Shown here one piece after another: positions 28,800 through 33,400 of a stretch of DNA of 33,400 nt. Each line of letters starts with the position of its first letter. The first letter of the stretch is position 1. A model generated the notes under the pieces. The model was not told the DNA's origin, did not search any database, and saw only the letters and a program-made list of their open reading frames with translations. Source of the DNA: Ignavibacteriales bacterium (GTDB lineage: Bacteria > Bacteroidota > Ignavibacteria > UBA10030 > UBA6906); NCBI GenBank assembly GCA_037441705.1, contig JBBIRR010000041.1, positions 1 to 33,400 on the forward strand. Direction: 5' to 3'. The translations under genes and the position numbers were made by a program.

Positions 28800-29064
28800 T
28801 TCAAAATTTGTTGGAAACTTGCCGGTATAATACTGATTTCTTGGGGCGGGAGTGTGACCTGGAACGAACTGGCTTAATCTACGCAATATTACGTATTTTT
28901 GGCGGTTATCATCGTAAAAAATTGCTAAATGCTATGAAAATCCACTTGCTAATGATTAGTGATTGTTCTATGATTTTCGGCGAAAGGGGGAAGATGATTG
29001 CTAAAGTCTTTCCTTGTTGCACCAACCTAATTCACTCATGTTTCAAAAGTGAAGGAAGTCCCCC

Positions 29065-29403
29065 ATGGCAAAAACCAAATTCCTTTTGGTGATCTCGGCA
29101 ATTCTGCTTTTCGCCGGGATTGCCGTCTGCCAGGAGAGCGTGGAGCAGGCCGTTCGCGTTAGACTGGCAGAAGCTTCACCGCCATTGGTTAATTTAGGGG
29201 CTGTGAGTGTAAATGATGAACTCATTACCCCGTTCGTCCAACAAATCAACATGAGGTCCGCCTCTCAAGTAGAAGCTCTCGGCAGCCAGTACGGCTTCGG
29301 GCGTTCCGCTTCGCAGGTGGAAGCTCTCGGCAGTCAGTATGGCTTCGGGCGTTCTGCTTCGCAGGTGGAAGCTCTCGGCAGTCAGTATGGCTTCGGGCGT
29401 TAG
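29065..29403 (+). CDS. secreted multicore peptide precursor: signal peptide + about 42-aa pro-region + 3x SASQVEALGSQYGFGR
   Basis: GAAGGAAG SD; MAKTKFLLVISAILLFAGIAVC|Q signal peptide; three amino-acid-identical repeats with only synonymous DNA differences; terminator downstream. The CDS call is confident; the function is inferred. Confidence 0.85.
   Translation: MAKTKFLLVISAILLFAGIAVCQESVEQAVRVRLAEASPPLVNLGAVSVNDELITPFVQQINMRSASQVEALGSQYGFGRSASQVEALGSQYGFGRSASQVEALGSQYGFGR
29257..29400 (+). repeat. 3 x 48-nt tandem coding repeat
   Basis: Units 29257-29304, 29305-29352 and 29353-29400; 6 third-position changes between units 1 and 2, and 1 between units 2 and 3. Confidence 0.97.
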
Positions 29404-29488
29404 TCAGTCCGAACAACTTTAGCTTTCATCCTTCCTTTCAAGGGGGAGCCCAAGTTCGACTCTACGTTCGTTCACATGGGGAACCCAC

Positions 29489-29525
29489 AAGCCTTCAATG
29501 TGAGAAATATTGAAGGCTTTTTTTT
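29489..29525 (+). terminator. intrinsic terminator after the precursor gene
   Basis: AAGCCTTCAAT-gtgagaaat-ATTGAAGGCTT followed by a T-run. Confidence 0.8.
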
Positions 29526-29561
29526 ATCGTATACAAGTCTTGCAACCTTCTTGAGAGTTTC

Positions 29562-32501
29562 TTGAGATTCATTTCGCTGGTGATCTGCCTCCTGGCCGCG
29601 GACCACAACGCGTTTCCTGCCGAACAGTTGACAACGCAGTGGTACGAATCGGAGAGTCCGCATTTCCGGATTGTGTACAAGCCCGGCCACGCTCATCTTG
29701 TTCATCATATTCTTGGCTCGGCGGAAAGAGCGCTAGACAGGCTGACCGAGCTGTTTCACTACACACCCTCAGAGAAAATCGTCATCAACACGTACGATGT
29801 CAATGATTACGGCGCCGGGAGTGCTACGACTGTCCCCCGCAACTACCTCTGGCTGGATCTTGCACCTCTCGAACCCGGCTATGAAAACATCCCGTATAAC
29901 GAGCGCATTCAATGGCTGATCAACCATGAACTTGTTCACGTCGTGGTAAATGATCTTGCGACCAACGTCGAAGCTTTCAGTCGTTCCATCTTTTCAAAAG
30001 TTGCTCCTGAACAAGTGCAGCCACTCACGATTCTCTACAGCGTGCTCACCAACTATGGCCGCTACACACCCCGCTGGCACCAGGAAGGTATTGCTGTGTT
30101 TCTGGAAACCTGGTTGAGCGGCGGATTCGGTCGAACGCTCGGCAGTTTTGATGAAATGTATTTCCGCTCTCTGGTTGCCGAAGGCAGACCTTTCCCGTCC
30201 GACATTCTCCTCGAAACGCAGGTTTCTCATAATTCCTTCCTCGTGGAGACTACATATTATCTGTTTGGCGAACGGTTTGTCGCTCACCTTGCCCTACGAT
30301 ACGGGCCGGACAAAATCTTACGATGGTACACAGCTTCTGCTGCCGATCTATACAAGACGTTCAAAGAGAAGTTCAAAGAGGTTTTCGGATCGGATTTCGA
30401 TACCGCATGGCAGGAATTCGTTCAAGCGGAGAAGCAGTTTCAGGAACTCAACCTCACCCGACTTCGCTCCGCGCCCGTTACGCCTGTTGTGCGGCTTACA
30501 GCTCAGCCGATTGGGGCAATCTCGCAACCACATGCAACCTTTGAGGGCGACACGTTGTATTGGGGTGAGCATCGTCCGCATCATCTCGCCGCCATAGGGC
30601 GATTCGTTCGCGCGTCGGCGATATGCGGGGACGTGTCCACACTGCCGACACCGAGTATGCACCAGGTTGCCTCGACCGCTTTCGACCCAAGTACGGGAAA
30701 GTTCTTTTACACTACGAAAAATAACCAACTCTACAGAGACCTCTGGATGCTCGATGTCCATTCGAACGAGCGCAAACTCCTGTTCGAAAATGCTCGGGTG
30801 GGTCATCTTACAGTTGCCGCGTCCACTCATGAGTTGTGGGGAATACGACACAGCGGGGGCGCTGCGTGGCTTGTGTACTCACCTTTTCCGTATGATTCAC
30901 TCGTTCAGCTTCGCTATTTCGACATCGGCGATGAAGTGCATGGGCTGGCCGTTGATCCGTCGGGCCGCACGCTTGCTGTTGTGGTGCACAAAGCCAACGG
31001 CGATCAAGGGATTCTAACGGTCTCCACAGATGTCCTCAAAACAGGTGGCTCGCCGGCATATAACGTGATCACTGACAAGGGGTCTCCGGAAAACCCCAGC
31101 TGGAGTCGCGATGGTAGGACGCTTTACTGGAATGCCTACACGAATGGTGTATCGAATATCTATAAGATGAGCGGTGAGGACATGAAAGTCGTCCCCGTCT
31201 CGCATACGCTCGTTGGGTTATTCAAGCCGATAGAAATTCATCGCGACACGCTCTTCGCCTTTGAGTTTTCCACGGAGGGTTTTATCCCCGTTCTTATTGC
31301 GAACGCGCATGCCGAGCGCCTTCCCGCAATCCAATATCTTGGTCAGCAAATTTATGAGGCATATCCTACTGTCGGGAGTTGGACCTTGCAGCAGGGGGTG
31401 AACAACGACAGTCTCGGCCCCGTCATGCGTACTGAGTACAATGGCTTCCGCCATCTCAGTATCGTGGCTTTCATGCCGGTGATTACAGGCTTCCAATCGA
31501 AGAAAGTGTTAGGACTTTTTGCCCGCATTTCTGATCCAATTCTCAACCACGACGTGACGCTTGAGACCGGCTTTTCCCCATTTGGTGAGAGGCATCAGCC
31601 GACGGACTTCCATCTAAAATTGAAATACGAATACAAGAAAGAATGGGAAGTGGGGTGGGAGTTCAACGGGCCGGACTTTTACGACCTGTTCAACAGCCGA
31701 AAGCGCGGGATGCTCGGAAGTAAGTTCCGCTTCGGGAACACAACCTACTGGATTTACGACAATCCCCATAAGCTCAAACAACAGACTGAGATCACTTTTT
31801 ATACGGGAGTGCAGTTTATCAACGACAACCTTGTGCGCGTCTCCACGCCTGATTTTGTTGTCGCGCAGACTGCTCTTACCTCACAGAGTCTCCGCAGAAC
31901 GATCGGCAGCAGCGACTATGAGAGCGGAAACGAGTATGCTATCACAGCAATGTTCTTCGGCTCTGACCCTCGTAATCCCCAAACGGGGTTTCAGCTCTAC
32001 GGAGAATGGGACAGGTTCACGCCGTATATTGTGCCGCATAATGTCTTGCATTTCAAGATTGCAGCAGGGTATCATGAGGCGCATTCGCGGCTTCGGCAAT
32101 CGCGGTTTTTCTTCGGCGGCTTTGGCAATCGTGAACTCGAAAATGTGGACGCGAAGCAATTCCGGAAGGTGTTTCGCTTTCCCGGCATTCCTATCTATTC
32201 GTTTGGTGTGGATCGGTTTGTAAAGCTGATGGTCGAAAACAATTTTCCTCCCCTCAGGTTTGGCGATGTCTCGCTCGGTCAGCACTTCATGAACCATCTC
32301 GATGCGTCCGTGTACGCCAACGTCTTGCTTACCAACACAAGCCGATGGCTTGGCGCAAGTGTGGGTGCGCAGGCAAATATTGTCTTCAAGCATTGGTCCA
32401 ACCTCGAATCCACTCTGTCCGTCGGCGCAGCGAGGGCCTGGCAGCGCAGTTCTCCGTCGAGCGACTGGTTCATTTCATTCAAGCTGCTGCGTAACAATTG
32501 A
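29562..32501 (+). CDS. exported 979-aa protein: clan MA (gluzincin-like) zinc peptidase + TolB/PD40-like propeller + putative C-terminal outer-membrane beta-barrel
   Basis: TTG start; N-terminal hydrophobic leader; ESPHFRIVY, INHELVH, PRWHQEG; NPSWSRDGRTLYW..NGVSNIY (PD40-like); aromatic alternating strands and FFFGGFG in the C-terminal third. Confidence 0.8.
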   Translation: MRFISLVICLLAADHNAFPAEQLTTQWYESESPHFRIVYKPGHAHLVHHILGSAERALDRLTELFHYTPSEKIVINTYDVNDYGAGSATTVPRNYLWLDLAPLEPGYENIPYNERIQWLINHELVHVVVNDLATNVEAFSRSIFSKVAPEQVQPLTILYSVLTNYGRYTPRWHQEGIAVFLETWLSGGFGRTLGSFDEMYFRSLVAEGRPFPSDILLETQVSHNSFLVETTYYLFGERFVAHLALRYGPDKILRWYTASAADLYKTFKEKFKEVFGSDFDTAWQEFVQAEKQFQELNLTRLRSAPVTPVVRLTAQPIGAISQPHATFEGDTLYWGEHRPHHLAAIGRFVRASAICGDVSTLPTPSMHQVASTAFDPSTGKFFYTTKNNQLYRDLWMLDVHSNERKLLFENARVGHLTVAASTHELWGIRHSGGAAWLVYSPFPYDSLVQLRYFDIGDEVHGLAVDPSGRTLAVVVHKANGDQGILTVSTDVLKTGGSPAYNVITDKGSPENPSWSRDGRTLYWNAYTNGVSNIYKMSGEDMKVVPVSHTLVGLFKPIEIHRDTLFAFEFSTEGFIPVLIANAHAERLPAIQYLGQQIYEAYPTVGSWTLQQGVNNDSLGPVMRTEYNGFRHLSIVAFMPVITGFQSKKVLGLFARISDPILNHDVTLETGFSPFGERHQPTDFHLKLKYEYKKEWEVGWEFNGPDFYDLFNSRKRGMLGSKFRFGNTTYWIYDNPHKLKQQTEITFYTGVQFINDNLVRVSTPDFVVAQTALTSQSLRRTIGSSDYESGNEYAITAMFFGSDPRNPQTGFQLYGEWDRFTPYIVPHNVLHFKIAAGYHEAHSRLRQSRFFFGGFGNRELENVDAKQFRKVFRFPGIPIYSFGVDRFVKLMVENNFPPLRFGDVSLGQHFMNHLDASVYANVLLTNTSRWLGASVGAQANIVFKHWSNLESTLSVGAARAWQRSSPSSDWFISFKLLRNN

Positions 32502-32552
32502 CACGCGAGCCTCAGCCATACCGACCGTTAACGTGACAAGGAATACACATGG

Positions 32553-32581
32553 TTGACAAAGCTGTGCGCTCTGACTATATT
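32553..32581 (+). promoter_or_regulatory. near-consensus sigma70 promoter of the peptide-binding protein gene
   Basis: TTGACA-17 nt-TATATT, 28 nt before ATG 32609. Confidence 0.7.
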
Positions 32582-32608
32582 TAGTCGAAATTCGTTTGTT
32601 TTCAGGGG

Positions 32609-33400
32609 ATGAAGACCATTTGTCTGGCAAAGCGATGGCTTGCCTTTGGAGCTGTTGCTTGCACACTTCTCGGGGGATGTCAGGGGAAACAGCACGATGA
32701 CAGGACGGCGGTCACCATCGCGGTTGAAGGAGATATCGACACTTTCAATCCGATATTCACCGAAGAACTTGTCTCTGCCCAAATCACTGAGCTCCTCTTT
32801 CCGCGCCTTGTAGAGCCCGAGTTCGACACCACTCGCGGCGCGCTCACGTTTTCTCCGCTCTTCGCTTCCGCTTGGGACTTCTCCGACGATCGACGGGAGG
32901 TGACATTCCATCTTCGCAGTGACGCATTCTGGAGCGACGGCGTCCGTGTCACTGCCCGTGATGTCCAATTCTCCTTCGAGCTTTATGCAGACACCGTTGT
33001 TGCAAGCGTGCGGCAAGATGCCGTTCACAACCTGCGCAGGACGAATGGGCGAGTAGATATTGCGACGAGTGTTGTCCCGCTGAATGACTCCACCGTGGTC
33101 TTTCGATTCGAGAAAGCTTCACCGAGCCAGTTGTTTGATGTCGGCGTTCCGATCGTTCCCAGCCACATTCTCAGCAGCGTTCCTCGCAACCGGCTGCGTG
33201 AACATTCATTCAACAAATCGCCTGTTACATCGGGACCCTTTGTGCTGGAACGGCACGTTCCGCTTCAGGAAATCGTCCTGGCTGCGAACAAGTCTGGTTG
33301 GTGCGGCATCAAACCGAATCTCTCCCACCTCGTGTTCAAAGTCCTCCCCGATTACAGATCACGCGTCGCACAACTTGAATCAGGGGAAGTGGACATCGTC
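32609..33400 (+). CDS. family-5 ABC substrate-binding lipoprotein (OppA/DppA-like), truncated by the window end; absent from the ORF track
   Basis: Manual translation MKTICLAKRWLAFGAVACTLLGG|CQGK (lipobox)..DIDTFNP..VTFHLRSDAFWSDGVRVTARDVQFSF..PVTSGPF..QLESGEVDIV. Confidence 0.92.
   Translation, partial: MKTICLAKRWLAFGAVACTLLGGCQGKQHDDRTAVTIAVEGDIDTFNPIFTEELVSAQITELLFPRLVEPEFDTTRGALTFSPLFASAWDFSDDRREVTFHLRSDAFWSDGVRVTARDVQFSFELYADTVVASVRQDAVHNLRRTNGRVDIATSVVPLNDSTVVFRFEKASPSQLFDVGVPIVPSHILSSVPRNRLREHSFNKSPVTSGPFVLERHVPLQEIVLAANKSGWCGIKPNLSHLVFKVLPDYRSRVAQLESGEVDIV

Noticed and set aside
29065-29133. Precursor as a lipoprotein (Cys22)
   Set aside because: IAVC has Val at -1 instead of Gly/Ala/Ser; SPase I cleavage before Gln fits better, although a lipoprotein is not fully excluded.
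29257-29400. 48-nt direct repeats as a CRISPR array or DNA-level VNTR
   Set aside because: No spacers and no cas genes; the repeats are in frame and vary only at third codon positions, so they are coding.

Overview
Bacterial chromosomal DNA that appears GC-rich (not computed), most likely from an Ignavibacteria/Bacteroidota-Chlorobi lineage (T9SS C-terminal sorting domains, Gln after signal peptides, a recurring TTG-N20-TATATT promoter). Housekeeping content: M20 dipeptidase, tRNA-His and tRNA-Met, tilS-hpt-ftsH, guaA and yjbQ. Other content: three response regulators, a Reg_prop/Y_Y_Y-SpoIIE + RsbW + STAS + SpoIIE partner-switching operon, two T9SS cargo loci (one apparently collapsed by two internal deletions) and an MsbA-like ABC exporter. 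The best candidate for an undescribed system is at about 27.2-33.4 kb. A 112-aa secreted, prohormone-like precursor carries three identical 16-aa cores (SASQVEALGSQYGFGR), each bounded by Arg and differing only at synonymous codon positions. It is followed by a 979-aa HExxH peptidase/beta-propeller/putative beta-barrel protein. Both genes sit inside a split Opp/Dpp peptide ABC importer locus (ATPases divergent on the left, family-5 binding lipoprotein on the right). A second notable oddity is a tRNA-His gene with no encoded G-1 and with U72/A73, preceded by a decayed tRNA-like copy. All functional calls come from motif recognition by eye; no searches were run.
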